64,000 bases of DNA from Octopus sinensis (taxonomy: Eukaryota), in NCBI RefSeq assembly GCF_006345805.1, contig NC_042998.1:74090001-74154000 (forward strand), written 5' to 3'. Shown one piece after another: positions 41,097-55,428 of this stretch. A program made the position numbers and the translations under genes. The notes under the pieces are model-generated. The model was not told the DNA's origin, ran no database searches, and worked only from the letters and a program-made list of their open reading frames with translations. Numbering within the stretch: position 1 is the first letter of the stretch; each line of letters starts with the position of its first letter.

Positions 41097-41946
41097 GAAA
41101 CGAAAGTAATAATAGTGAAAGAATAATAGTGAAACTGAAACATATAGTAAGTGTTTTTAATTGGCAAAATATGACCCGCCCCAAGTATAACAATATACAA
41201 ATTTATCAATTTCTTTCTAGCAGCTAGTTTGATTTTTATATTACTGATGTATTTACAATGCTTTGTTTCATTGCCATTATGTACTAAAGACAATAATTAG
41301 AAAGGGTACACTGCTGTTGACGAAATCTCGTGCAGGACTGAAGCATGCTTGTGCAGTTGTTTTGTCTTTCCCTATTCATATTAGATGTAACGACACATTG
41401 CATACATCCATTGCAATGTATAGTGTGGATTAGCAAATCATTAGATATCTTAACAACATAGCCACACCTGCCATATGAGTGCAAGCATGACTATGTGGTT
41501 AAGAAGAAATTTAATATATTTAACTACTTACGCGTATCTAGATATGTGTGTATATGTTTGTATACGCTTGTGTGTGTGGTGGGGTGTACATGTACTTTGA
41601 CCTCATGTTTATTTATTTCTCTCTTCTCTCTCCCCAGGTGGGCAAGCTACATATTCACCTCTTCAGCAAGACACATGCTCCTCTCCTTCTATTATAATTT
41701 CTTATCTCTCCATTCTATACCTTATTTAGTTGAGGGGGTCTTATCTGGTGATAACCTTGGTGACCTCAACTGAGCACATGTCACATAACAAGCACCTAGA
41801 ACATTTTGTTAAGTGGTTGATGCTCGGGGAAGCATCCAGCAGTAGAGACAATGCCAAAGTAAATACAGAAACCTGGCACAGCCTTCTGGCTCATCTGTTC
41901 TTGTCTGACCATCCAATCCATGCCATCATGGAAAAGGGGGCATCAA

Positions 41947-41994
<48 letters not shown>

Positions 41995-41995
41995 T

Positions 41996-42029
<34 letters not shown>

Positions 42030-42773
42030 AAGGAGGAGGAGGAGGAGGAGGAGGAGGACATGTATGTATGTCATAAAATACATAGCAGTTTTAGGTCACT
42101 TCCTTGTTGATCAGTCCATCAAAACCTTTCTCACACCTTTGTGACTTTCCCTGTCACTCACATTATCATCCCTGGTGTCACTGTAACACTAGGTGAGCTA
42201 CCCTGAAAGTGACATTTGGCTGCCATTATTCAATTTCTTCAGTTTTGTTCCTGTTGATTTCAAATTTGGTGTGTGGGTGTAGTTTTCTATGCTCATTATT
42301 TCCATGAAATTCATTTCCCCCATAAATCAATAAATAAACAGTTGATAGCTTTTAAAATTTGCAGATTTTTCAGTAATTTAGCCAATCGAAAGCCACAGAC
42401 ATATCAGTTCTCATTTCTATGGCAACAAGCCAAGTGTTGGGAACTTCCCTGTGGTTTACCACATGTGTTTCCAAAAAATGAAAACTGCATGTTTACAAAA
42501 TATTTCATCTGTTTACAGTTCGTTTTTTCTACTCTTGAAAATACAGAATATGTTGTTTGCTCTTTTTTCACATTAAATGCATATTGAATGCATCAAACTA
42601 CAAAATATACGTTGTTTACTCGTTTTTTTGGTTGTTTTTCACTTATTAAATGCTTAAAACATGTGCCATCATCACAATGTTGACATTATTGCTTTGCCAT
42701 CTTATGATTGCAGTTACGCACAAAATTGCTTCTAAATCCTGTTCTCTGATTGGGTAAAAATTATCAGAATTAA

Positions 42774-43530
42774 CTCTTTAGCATTTAAACTGGCCATATC
42801 CAGCCAAAATATTCTACCTGCTTCATGTTCAAATCAGCCAAAGCCAGGTTTTCTCACCTACCCTACAATGTTATTTCAAAAGTAAATAATCAGACCCAAG
42901 AAGACCTAGGATGAGGCAATGACAGACAACCAAAACCTTTGGAGATATGCTGTGCCAGCAAGCCAAGTGAGATCGTAGTCATGGCCGATGCCAGTGTTGC
43001 ATAACCGACCCATTTAAGAGTACCCTTTGTTCGTTGGGCAACATGCTGTGCTTGAAAAGACCTGTTGAGACAAGTGAAATCATTGTTGTGGCCAATGCCA
43101 ATGCCACCTGACTAGTACCTGTGCTGGTGGCACATAAAAAGCACTATTCAAGTGTGACCAATGCCAGTGTTGGTGGCACGTAAAAAGCGCCATTCGAGTG
43201 TAGTTAATGCCAGTTCCACCTGACTAGCCCCTGTGCCAGTGACACGTAAAAAGCACCCTTTACACTCACTGAGTGGTTGATGTTAGGAAGGGCATCCAGC
43301 TGTAACCTTGACAGATCAGATTGGAGCCTGGTGCAGCCCACTGGCTTGCCAGACCTCAGTCAAACTGTTCAATTCATGCCAGCATGGAAAGTGGATGTTA
43401 AACGATGATGGTGATGATGATGATGATGACATCAGCAACATCTTGACACCACAAGATTATGCATGGTTACTTCAAAACAATGTAAATAATTAAGCCTTAC
43501 ATTTGACAGGGTAATTGGAATACTAAAGTG
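42774..43530. mobile_element. piggyBac-type MITE split by an RTE-like insertion (about 42892-43428)
   Basis: TTAA-ctctttagcatttaaac left end, tactaaagtg-TTAA right end; halves match the 26.5-26.9 kb family. Confidence 0.7.
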
Positions 43531-43663
43531 TTAAACCTCTGTAACTTTTTTTTAAATTTTTCTGAATTAGGTTCCAAGAGTCAGTGTGAAAAATGACATC
43601 AATACACCCTTGTGAGTGGATTTGGTAGACAGAAACTGAAAGAAGCCCATCGTATATATATAT

Positions 43664-45186
43664 ATCAAAACAAATCAAAATAGATGAACATCAATGGAAT
43701 TTGTATCTTTGTGGTACCAGTGCCGATGGCACACAAGAAAACCATCCGAACGTGGCCATAGCCAGTACCGCATCGACTGGCCTCCGTGCTGTGGGCACAT
43801 AACAAACACCATCCGATCGTGGCCGTTCGCCAGCCTCATCTGGCACCTGTGTCGGGGGCTCATAAAACACCATCCGAAGACCCGGCAAGACTAGTCAGGC
43901 CATAACCCGTGGCCCCTACCTGGGACGTAGTCAGTCCACCTGTGCATACCTTCCTTCTTGTGACACTTGTGAAGACCTGTTGAGGCAAGTGAAAATCAAA
44001 ATCAAAATCAAAATCAAAACAAATCAAAATAGATGAACATCAATGGAATTTGTATCTTTGTGGTACCAGTGCCGGTGGCACACAAGAAAACCATCCGAAC
44101 GTGGCCGTAGCCAGTACCGCATCGACTGGCCATCTTGCTGTGGGCACATAACAAACACCATCCGATCGTGGCCGTTCGCCAGCCTCATCTGGCACCTGTG
44201 TCGGTGGCACATAAAAACACCATCCGAAGACCCGGCAAGACTAGTCAGGCCATAACCCATGGCCCCTACCTGGGACGTAGTCAGTCCACCTGTGCATACC
44301 TTCCTTCTTGTGACACTTGTGAAGAGCTGTTGAGGCAAGTGAAAATCAAAACAAATCAAAATAGATGAACATCAATGGAATTTGTACCTTTGTGGTACCA
44401 GTGCCGGTGGCACACAAGAAAACCATCCGAACGTGGCCGTAGCCAGTACCGCATCTACTGGCCTCCGTGCTGTGGGCACATAACAAACACCATCCGATCG
44501 TGGCCGTTTGCCAGCCTCATCTGGCACCTGTGTCGGTGGCACATAAAAACACCATCCGAAGACCCGGCAAGACTAGTCAGGCCATAACCCGTGGCCCCTA
44601 CCTGGGACGTAGTCAGTCCACCTGTGCATACCTTCCTTCTTGTGACACTTGTGAAGACCTGTTGAGGCAAGTGAAAATCAAATCAAAACAAATCAAAATA
44701 GATGAACATCAATGGAATTTGTATCTTTGTGGTACCAGTGCCGGTACCACACAAGAAAACCATCCGAACATGGCCGTAGCCAGTACCGCATCGACTGGCC
44801 TCCGTGCTGTGGGCACGTAACAAACACCATCCGATCGTGGCCGTTCGCCAGCCTCATCTGGCACCTGTGTCGGTGGCACATAAAAACACCATCCGAGCGT
44901 GGCCGTCTGCCAGCCTCGTCTGGCACCTGTGTCGGTGGCACATAAAAACACCATCCGAGCGTGGCCGTTCGCCAGCCTCGTCTGGCACCTGTGTCGGTGG
45001 CACATAAAATCACCCACTACACTCTCGGAGTGGTTGGCGTTAGGAAGGGCATCCAGCTGTAGAAACACTGCCAGATCTGACTGGCCTGGTGCAGCCTTCG
45101 GGCTCCCCAGACCCCAGTTGAACCGTCCAACCCATGCTAGCATGGAAAGCGGACGTTAAATGATGATGATGATGATGATGATGATG

Positions 45187-45188
<2 letters not shown>
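43664..45188 (+). mobile_element. Young RTE-like tailed element with a tandem array of four units of about 330-350 bp plus 62-bp subrepeats
   Basis: Equivalent positions at 43694, 44043, 44375 and 44712; ggcacataaaa subrepeats at about 44876, 44938 and 44999; (TGA)n tail; CpGs retained. Confidence 0.9.
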
Positions 45189-45220
<32 letters not shown>

Positions 45221-45425
45221 CTATGTTTGTGTGTCTGTGTTTGTCCCCCCAACATCGCTTGACAACCAATGGTGGTGTGTTTATGTCCCTGTAACCTAGC
45301 ATTCCGCAAAAGAGACGGATACAATAAGTACTAGGCTTACAAAGAATAAGTGCTGCGGTCAATTTACTAAAGGTGGTGCTCCAGCATGACCACAGTCAAA
45401 TGACAGGGAAAACAAGTGAAAAAAA
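45189..45425 (+). mobile_element. 3' half of SINE family B (5' part at about 43610-43662), interrupted by the array
   Basis: gtgagtggatttggtagacagaaactgaaagaagccc before the array; caacatcgcttgacaacc..gtgctccagcatgacc after it. Confidence 0.75.
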
Positions 45426-45929
45426 AAAGGAGCATATAAGGCAGAAAGTTATAGAGAGAGAATTCAAAAGAAGAAACTCTGCATGGGGTCTTAAGTACAG
45501 GGTCTACCAAATTGTTTGCATTTGTTGTGTCCTTATAAAACTATATTTATTCCACTGGCTGAACAAACACAGAAGTTAACTTCATGGTTGAGTGGTTAGC
45601 AGTATGAAAGATGTCCTTCATGGTTGGGTGGTTGTAGCATTTGAGACATTGGCATTTTAACATCCCACTTCTCTATGATTACATGAGTAGGATGAGTCTG
45701 CATATCCACTCTTGGTCTTTTCATTAATTCATCTGTGATACCCAGCATGCTTAGGGCTTATCTCACTCCATCCCCACCCCCAACCTACACTTCCATTAGT
45801 CAGCTTCTGCCATGGCTATCTTCCACTAACAACATACATAATTCAGTCACCTGCTACTTTTCATTAATGACATGTCTGTACTAGTAAAGTGATCTATTGT
45901 ACACACAAGCACACACCCTCTCTCTCCCC

Positions 45930-45978
<49 letters not shown>

Positions 45979-46656
45979 ATCTACCTATTTATCTATCTCT
46001 TCATTTGTGATCCCACTTTCTTACAGGGAAGCCAATCTCCATCCCAGATCTCCAATATTCAGTATACAATACAGAATACTACATTTATGCATACATGTAT
46101 ACAGGAAAGTTCCTTTTATTGCAGTTTCAGTTATTCAGAATTTAGTGTATTTGGTTTAAATTTTTTAATTATACTGCAATTATAAACAGTATACTTATCC
46201 TGATTTCTGTAGGTCAGTGGTCCTTAACCTAAGTGGTACCCCCTAAGAGTCACTGTGAATTCACAATTGGGAGCAAATGTCAAAGAGTGTAATGAGGACA
46301 CTGGGTGTTTTAAAGGGACCATGATTTTTTTTTTCTCTTCATCTGGTCGAGTTTGCTTGGACATTTTTAACCTATACTGCCATCCATTTTGGCCCTGCAT
46401 GAGTTAGGGGAAGTCTTTGAGAAGGCATCCAGTGTGTCTGGTGATTTGATCTATAATACATTGTTTTCAGATGACCTGCTTGAGTACCACTATGTTTTTA
46501 GCATCCATAGCTGTAGGTCACTTACCAGCTCTTGTTTAGCTTGCCAACAATGTCCCACAAAGCAGAAAAGCCTGTTCTCCATACAGCTGTTTCTTGGTGG
46601 GATGAGTTCTCCAAGATATATGTAAGATTTTCTTTGGAAATATATCAAAGTCATGT

Positions 46657-46711
<55 letters not shown>

Positions 46712-46713
<2 letters not shown>

Positions 46714-46877
46714 TCATCATCATTTAACATTCGCTTTCCATGCTAGCATGGGTTGGACGATTTGATTGAGGTCTGGCGAACCAGATGGGTGCACCAGACT
46801 CCAATCTGATCTGGCAGAGTTTCTACAGCTGGATGCCCTTCCTAACGCCAACCACTCTGAGAGTGTAGTGGGTGCTA
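46712..46877 (-). mobile_element. (TGA)n-tailed RTE-like 3' end
   Basis: Tail consensus, reverse strand; others at 48314-48725 (-), 49300-49552 (+) and 50270-50653 (+). Confidence 0.8.
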
Positions 46878-47089
46878 TATATATAATAGAAATATGTTAC
46901 AAAAAGAAAATAGAAGCTACACGTGGAAATGTAAGAGGAAAGTAAGAAAAATAAGTGAAAATGCACATTGGAAATCAAAAAAAGTAAAGGCTTTTTATGA
47001 AAAGTAACGATAGATATATACAATTAGATGAACTGAGGTAGGAATAAAAGTAATAAAAGTCATTATTGTGAATTGTTAAAGAGATTCAG

Positions 47090-47126
47090 AAGCATACCGG
47101 TTTCATGAATTTACTAATCATTGCTT
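47090..47126 (-). ncRNA. Degenerate minimal hammerhead motif (A3:U8 variant)
   Basis: AAGCA [AUGAUUA] GUAAAUUCAU [GAAA] CCGG [UA] UGCUU; stem II weak; downstream of a faint GIY-YIG-like relic (YVEKCSRNL..FTEHL) at about 47380-47470. Confidence 0.4.
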
Positions 47127-47574
47127 TGAATGCACACTGATCAATGAACAGTGTCAGGTCTACTAGTCCCTGAGTAAAACGATTATGTGTAAGGGAGGTA
47201 AGAAGTTCTGGATTTGGTGCAATTAGGGTAGATATAGATCTGTAATGTGAATGGTGTATGATATGTATGGGGGTTAGTGGTATTAATTGAAAGGTTAGTA
47301 GTGTTTTGTATTATGTTATGTGTTCATATTGAGTTGTGGAAGATATTTATTGCTGAAAGTTGCCTCTTTATTCATTCTTTGTTGTACTGAGGTGTTCTGT
47401 AAACATTGATAGAAGGGGAAAATTAGGAAATTAGGATTAAGATTCCTAGAACACTTTTCTACGTATTCACTAACCTGTATCGGTCTGTATTGTGGGTGGC
47501 AGATTTGTTCTTTGTGGAGAGTGATTCTTCGACAAAAGAAGATATGTATATATATCTTAAATGCATTTTCATAA

Positions 47575-47842
47575 AACTCTTTTGTGGGATTAGAATATCA
47601 ACATGCTTTTGAGTTATTAGATATAAAAAATGAATATCTCATTTATGGAAAAAATTAAGGCTGCTATCGTTAGCTTTCCTTCCATTTCCTAGTTGGGAAA
47701 GGATTCAGCATAGTTGTACAACTTTTAGCTAAATAGTAAAGTAGAATACAAATGGAGGGAGATTTGAGGCTCTGTTTATCAAAGCTCAAGTTTAATATTT
47801 TGATATTAGCAAAATCCCATCAAGCACAAGACAGCCATTAGT
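47575..47842 (+). pseudogene. hAT (Buster/Charlie-like) transposase C-terminal dimerisation-domain fossil
   Basis: LWKKLRLLSLAF..GKGFSIVVQLLAK..SRIQMEGDLRLCLSKL..LAKSHQAQDSH* matches the ERGFS..DLRL.LS..HQAQ.SH* terminus. Confidence 0.75.
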
Positions 47843-50800
47843 GACTTTTGAATTATTAAATATTGCTTTTGAAATTTTAATAATTTGTTGAATATCTTGA
47901 ATTTAGAATTGGTTGGTTTTTACTTTATTTGTTTCTCTTTTTCTATCCTAATGGCAGCCAAATATTGATATATGTGTTTGGCTTGTTGACACCAGTAATA
48001 AAGTTAATAGTATTTTATTTGAAATTTAAATTGTAATGTTGTTCATCGACCTTATTATTATCATCACCATCATTGCTACCACCACCACCACCACCACTAC
48101 CATCATCATCATTTTACATCTGCTTTCCTTACTGACATGGATGGCTGATCATAGTTGGAGTCAATTTACTTTTGGCCTTGTTTACATGGCTGGGTGCCCT
48201 TCCTATCATTGCCCATTTTATAAAGTATACTGTGTGCATTTTATCATGGTTGTCAAATTCTTTAGATAGGTTAAAGGAGTCTCTCATTCACCAACTATTT
48301 TACAGAATGCATTCATCATCATCATCATCATCATTTAACGTCCGTTTTCCATGCTAGCATGGGTTGGACGGTTCAACCAGGGTCTTGGGAAGCCAGGAGA
48401 CTGCGCCGGGCTCCAGTTTAATCTAGCAGTGTTTCTACAGCTGGATGCCCTCCCTAACGCCAACCACTCCATGAGTGTAGTGGGTGCTTTTAAAATGCCA
48501 CCGGCACAGGGGCCAGAGGAGGCTGGCAAACAGCCATGATCAGTTGGTGCTTTTTACGTGTCACCCTCACGGACGCCAGTCAGGTGGTACCGGTATCAAC
48601 CACGTTCAGACGGTGCTTTTTACATGCCACCGGTACAGGTATCATAACTACAATTTTCATTTGATTTTTATTTTGATGTTGATGTTGACGTACTTGACTC
48701 AATAGGTCTCCTCAAGCACAGCATGCACATTTTAATATGACACCAGCACTAACGAGATTGCTTTTTAATCTGTTTTGTAGTTACACACATTACTTTAATG
48801 TCTTAATAATTTTATCATGTAATAATTTTATCATGCTATAAAATATAGCATAGAGGGCCCTACTCCATGCCAATATCTAAAAAGTGGCACATGCTGGATG
48901 AGATTATATAGAATCACATGGATAACAAAACTACTGCCCCAAATTAACTCCTGTTTGACTAATTCATTTTGTACATTCTATTTTTTGTTTATTTATTGCC
49001 AAACATTTGGAGGAAACATTTGTAAAACATCTTTTGGTGAGAGTGAGCACTGATTTACAAACAGCTGAGAACTAAAACTGTAGGCAAAAGTAACAGAGTA
49101 TGTAGGGTGCAGTAATGAGAAACTTTCAGAACAGATTCTTTGCTCATTGCATGACTCTAAGAAGAATCAGTTACACATTAAGAGGAATATATACTCATCT
49201 TAACTCATACTGAATCTCCTCCGTAGCCTATTTTCTTGAGAATTCTCCCAATTTCTTTATGTTGTCCCTGTCTCAATTCCAGTACAGATTTCCATTCTTC
49301 TGCCAGTGACACGTAAAAGCACCATCCGTTCATGGCCGTTTGCCAGCTCTGTCTGGCACCTGTGCAGGTGGCACGTAAAAAACACCCACTACACTCACGG
49401 AGTGGTTGGCGTTAGGAAGGGCATCCAGCCATAGAAACACTGCCAGATCTGACTGGGCCTGACGAAGCCTTCCAGCTTCACAGACCCCAGTTGAACCGTC
49501 CAACCCATGCTAGCATGGAAAGCGGACACTAAATGATGATGATGATGATGATATACCACTATTAGCAATCTTGCTAATACAGTTAAAGTTCATGTACATT
49601 TTCATTGTCTCCTTTTTGCTACAACATCTAGTCTGTAAGTGTTCTATACAAGGTTTAGTCTCTACCCTTGTGGTTAATCCTTTCTTTATACATTCTTCAT
49701 TCCCTGCCACTACATCGTGCCACCTAAAAGAATTTCCTTCGCACATGTTTGAAACATGCTTCCATAGACTCCCTATCACCTTCAGCAATGCTAGAATTAT
49801 TTTTAGAACTCAGATCAACTTCTTTTGACTATTCCTTTACCTGTTTTCTTTTTTTTTTTTTTCTGCTCTCTATCTCTCCCACTCTATTTTAACTTTCTGG
49901 CACCAATTTTCACTAAGCTCATCTCCCGCTTTTTGTCTCGCCACAACCATCCCCCACCACAAGTCTCCATCATTGTTTCATTCAAATATCATCTTACCCC
50001 AGCAAATCCTGACCAGAGTTTCCCCACAGTCCTAAGCTACACAACCATTTCAAGCAAAAATTCTGAGGTCTTGGAATGAGGTTGACCATAGATATTCTGC
50101 AGCAACTGTTTGTGACTTCAATACATAATTGATATTCCCCATTTGGAAATCATATGAACAAAAACTTAGCATGTAGTTTTAAATACCCGAGAAAAAAAAA
50201 ATCATCTATTCTTTCATTGGATCCTATTTAAATTTTTACATGTTGTACAAGAGCAACAAACTGGCATTTCCATGCTGGTGGCACGTAAAAACCACAATTC
50301 GAGCGTGATCATTACCTGCATCTCCTTACTGGCACTTGTGCTGGAGACATGTAAAAAACCATTTAAGTGACGTCGTTACCAGTGTCGCTGGACTGACTCC
50401 TGTGCAGGTGGCACATAAAAAGCACCATTTGAGCATGGCCATTGCCAGTGCTGGCTGACTGGCCCCCGTGCCGGTGGCACATAAAAGCACCCACTACACT
50501 CTCAGAGTGGTTGGCGTTAGGAAGGGCAGCCAGCTGTAGAAACTCTGCCAGATCAGATTGGAGCCTGGTGCAGCCATCTGGTTCACCAGACCTCAGTCAA
50601 ATCATCCAACCCATGCTAGCATGGAAAGTTGACACTAAACAATGATGATGATAATGTATCAGATCATATTTACTTAAAGTGCTCAATGAGTATTTATAAC
50701 AATACTGAGAAGCAATTATAGTTCAGACAAAATATATAGAAAATATATACATACTGGAAGAATCATGTTAATAAAGGGCATCATTTACAGAATCTATCTT

Positions 50801-51777
50801 CTAAAAATTAGTAGTTTGTTTGAGGTACCATGAAGATAGAAAATAATTTACTCATTAATTGGTTCACATTTAAACTTGTTTATCCTTCAAAATATTCGGT
50901 GATTAGTTTCTATAAATTGAACTGTTAATTCCTACATAATTTGAAATCGATTCAGAGATGATAAAATTAAGTTAGTAGAGCATAAAATATGAATATTTTA
51001 CAAATATAAACAAATATAATGCGAAATAATGGTTTCTAATTAAGACACAAGGCCATCAATTTTGAATTAGGTGAAAGTAATTGATATTATTGACTCCAGT
51101 TCTTGATCGGTACCACATTTCATCGACCCTGAAAAGATGAAAGGCAAAGTTGACCTACAAGAGATTTGAACTTAGAATGTAAAAGAAATAGGACAAATAC
51201 TGAAGGCTCTAATAATTCTTGCAATTCAATGCACTTTCAATAAATTTGAAATAATAACAATAAATTTTCCAAGTTTCATGGTATTTGAAACTGATTATTA
51301 ATATTCTGAAGGTATGAATTCTTAATGTGGAATTTTAATCCTAACACCATTCCGTGTGTGTGTGTGTGTGTGCACATATGTTAGGAAGTGTGCATATGTG
51401 TGTGTGAAAGTGAGCGAGAAAGGGAGAAAGAGAGCGAGTGAGAGAGAGAGAGAGAGAGAGAGAATGAATTTATGTGAGACACAAAAAGCAGGGGAAGGCT
51501 TACCACCCCATTATAACTTTCATCATCTCTTTTCTACAGCTCAGAACGTTTTTCTTCATACATAATGCTAAGATGATTTTGTATTTGCGCACAAATTTGT
51601 GGGACGTTTGTTGGAACAAACAAATATTGCCCCCCCACCCCATAGATATAGATATAACACTACACACACACATACGTGTGTGTGTGTATGTGTGTGTGAG
51701 TGAGCATGTATTTATGTATTGTATATGTGTGTATATGAAAGCACACAAATTTATACGTATAAAAGTATATATATACA

Positions 51778-51931
<154 letters not shown>

Positions 51932-52033
51932 AGAGTAAACACATAAATGTGAAACAAGGTGGAAAAAAGAGTACTCAAATACCAGTGGTAGAGTAATATG
52001 CTTTATTTAAAGCAGCAGAAAATTCAACAAAAC

Positions 52034-52071
52034 CTGTTACTCTGAGTTTCCCGTTGCCGTTCATCGGACAG
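52034..52071 (-). ncRNA. Minimal hammerhead motif (U4C variant) in a short (TA)n-flanked element (about 51929-52080)
   Basis: CUGU [CCGAUGA] A-CG-GCAA-CG-G [GAAA] CUC-A-GAG [UA] ACAG. Confidence 0.5.
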
Positions 52072-52959
52072 TTTTTGCTATATATACATGTATGTATATA
52101 TAAAAACATATATATATGTAATTTATATATATATGTGTATATATATATATATATGTTATATGTATGTATACATATATTTGCATGTATGTATAAATATATA
52201 TATAAATAACATAAAAATATGTAAGTATACATGTGTGTGTGTATATATATATATACAAATATACACACACACATAAGTATGTATATGCATGTGTATATAT
52301 ATGTATATATGTATGCATATGTACGTGTATACATATTTAACATTTATATACATATATAACATATATAACATTTATATATATGTGTTCATGAGTGCATGTT
52401 TGTGTGTGTGTGTGTGTGTGTGCATATGTATATAAAGCATATAAGATACAAATTTTAGGTTAGTGCTATCCTTTTTGAGTCTCTTGTGTCCTAATAAAGG
52501 ACAGCTGTGAAGAATTAATGAGACTCCCTTGCTATATCACAATTTTATTGTTGCTGTTGGAATCAGTCCAGCAACAGTAGCTGTGTATTTTGGCAAACCA
52601 AAGACAAAGTACAGCATCATGTAACATTGTCAGAGTCCCTATACAAAGTGTTTTAATGATGCTCAGTATGTCAATTTGGATATTAGAATAATCCAAAAAT
52701 TCTGATCATTTTGTGAATGGCAGAACTGGCAAAGTTTCAGATATACTGGCTTGAAGTTAGGTGTCGTCGCATTCAAATTTTGTATGAATTGATTTTATTT
52801 TTCATCTTTCTGGAGTGGATAAACTAGGTACCAATCAAACAGTGTAGGTGAATTGACCAAAAGAATGGCTTGGAGAGTAGCTACATGGCTTTCTAAAAGA
52901 CAGATATCAGGTAGTAGCAGCCAACAAGGCTACCTCAAAGGAAACACAAATAATAAGTG

Positions 52960-53390
52960 GTATATCACAAGGTGCTGTCTTGGGACCACTGTTATTCGTA
53001 GTGGCCTTCTCAGACATCCCCTCAGCTGCTCAGCCACCTTTGCAGCTATGAGGATGATATAGAAGCCTCTTCTCTCAGAGGTTACAGAATCCTGGAGGTG
53101 TTGCACACCTGCAACAGGAGTTGAATGCTATATACAGGTGGCCTGAGGACAATAACATGCAATAGCTACTACTCCCAACTATGGTTACCACACAGTGTAA
53201 AAATTAGCAGAACTCAAAGCAATCCATTGAAGCTACACAAAGAAGATCGTCTCAATGCAATATGTCAGCTACTAGGAGAGATTGAAAAAGTTAAGACTCT
53301 ACTCCCATGAAAGAAGGCAGGAAAGATATACAGTGATATACATCTGGAAAGCACTGGAAGGGCTTGTATTAGACTTTGGCATTGAAAGTT
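52960..53390 (+). pseudogene. Decayed CR1-clade LINE reverse transcriptase fragment
   Basis: QGAVLGPLLFVVAFSDIP..SYEDD and SY*ERLKKLRLYSHERRQERYTVIYIWKALEGLV. Confidence 0.8.
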
Positions 53391-53439
53391 ACACAAACAT
53401 TGGAAGTTACACAAACAGCAGAACAGCGTGCTAGTGAAG

Positions 53440-53745
53440 AATTGACTCTAGTACATATTTTTAACGCTTGGTACTTATTCTATTGGTCTCTTTTGTGGAA
53501 CTAATAAGTTACAGGAACACAAACACACCAACACTGATTGCCAGGCAGCGGTGGTGGGACAAACACAGATACAAACACACACACATACAATGGGTTTCTT
53601 TCAGTTTCCATCTACCAAATCCACTCACAAAGCTTTGGTCAGCCTGAGACTATAGTAGAAGACACTTGCTCAAGATGCCCAGCATTGAGACTGAACATGG
53701 AACCATGTGGTTGGGAAGCAAGCTTCTTACCATACAGCCACACAG
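53440..53745 (-). mobile_element. SINE family B (tRNA-derived), CpG-decayed
   Basis: tttctttcagtttccatctaccaaatccactcacaa..agaagacacttgc..aaccatgtggttgg. Confidence 0.8.
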
Positions 53746-54000
53746 CCACACACACCCACAGTATTTGTGTTCTATGTGCATATAATATACCCATATACAC
53801 GCGCATTGGCCACACATTGTAAAATTAGATACACACACAGATACAGTCATAAACATATATGTACTGATAGAGATACGTACCACAGAAAGACAAAATGGAA
53901 TAAGCAGGACAAGAGGAGACACACGGGACAAAGAATCACTGAAGAGGTCACAGAGCGTGTAACAAAAGAACTTTGACAGATAAATAAACTAAAAATAATA

Positions 54001-54076
<76 letters not shown>

Positions 54077-54690
54077 GTCGGCATTACGATATCAAAACTG
54101 CCGACAAGTGGTATAATCACCACCCTGAAGCTGTAATTGAAGGAGAAAATGTAACGATTCTGTGGGACTTTCCAGTACATACAGACCGAACCATCAAAGC
54201 CAATAAACCAGATATTGTTGTGAAAGACCAAAGCAATAAAGTTTGCTTATTGATCAACATGAGCATCCCCTGTGATCATAATATCTCAGCGAAAGAGTTT
54301 GACAAGCTCAGAAAATATAAAGACCTGCTCATTGAAATTGAGAAAATGTGGCATCTCAAGACGGTTACAATACCAGTGATCGTAGGAGCACTAGGAATGA
54401 TCAAGAAGGGAACCGAAAATTATATGAGAATGATCCCTGGCTTACCATCCCTGCAAGAAGTGCAAAAGATTGTCTTAACTGGTACATCGCACATATTGAG
54501 AAGAGCATTGTCGATGTGAGAACTATTACTACCCATGTATTGTAATTTAACTTTAAAAAAAAAAAAATGAACGAACTAGTGAGTTTAGTTTAATGGCCTA
54601 TCAATGTATACTATGAGTTTCTTTGCCCTAGGAGTCGGGAAGACACTCGGCAAGAAATGGAAGCAAATTTGAAAGAAGAAAAAAAAGAAG
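54077..54690 (+). mobile_element. 5'-truncated R4/Dong-like non-LTR retrotransposon (restriction-like endonuclease plus 3' UTR), copy 1
   Basis: ILWDFPVHTDRTIKANKPDIVVKD..CLLINMSIP..KEFDKLRKYKDL..IPVIVGALG; stop at 54519; flanked by (TAA)n. Confidence 0.9.
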
Positions 54691-54703
54691 ATAATAATAA
54701 TAA

Positions 54704-54750
<47 letters not shown>

Positions 54751-55366
54751 GTCGGCATTACGATATCAAAACTGCCGACAAGTGGTATAATCACCACCCT
54801 GAAGCTGTAATTGAAGGAGAAAATGTAACGATTCTGTGGGACTTTCCAGTACATACAGACCGAACCATCAAAGCCAATAAACCAGATATTGTTGTGAAAG
54901 ACCAAAGCAATAAAGTTTGCTTATTGATCAACATGAGCATCCCCTGTGATCATAATATCTCAGCGAAAGAGTTTGACAAGCTCAGAAAATATAAAGACCT
55001 GCTCATTGAAATTGAGAAAATGTGGCATCTCAAGACGGTTACAATACCAGTGATCGTAGGAGCACTAGGAATGATCAAGAAGGGAACCGAAAATTATATG
55101 AGAATGATCCCTGGCTTACCATCCCTGCAAGAAGTGCAAAAGATTGTCTTAACTGGTACATCGCACATATTGAGAAGAGCATTGTCGATGTGAGAACTAT
55201 TACTACCCATGTATTGTAATTTAACTTTAAAAAAAAAAAAAAATGAACGAACTAGTGAGTTTAGTTTAATGGCCTATCAATGTATACTATGAGTTTCTTT
55301 GCCCTAGGAGTCGGGAAGACACTCGGCAAGAAATGGAAGCAAATTTGAAAGAAGAAAAAAAAGAAG
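54751..55366 (+). mobile_element. R4/Dong-like 3' end, copy 2 (tandem duplicate)
   Basis: Identical to copy 1 by eye apart from poly(A) length; offset 674 bp; (TAA)n on both sides. Confidence 0.9.

Positions 55367-55428
<62 letters not shown>

Noticed and set aside
43664-45010. CRISPR-like or repeated-peptide interpretation of the array
   Set aside because: No unique spacers, eukaryotic context, and units end in a retroelement tail
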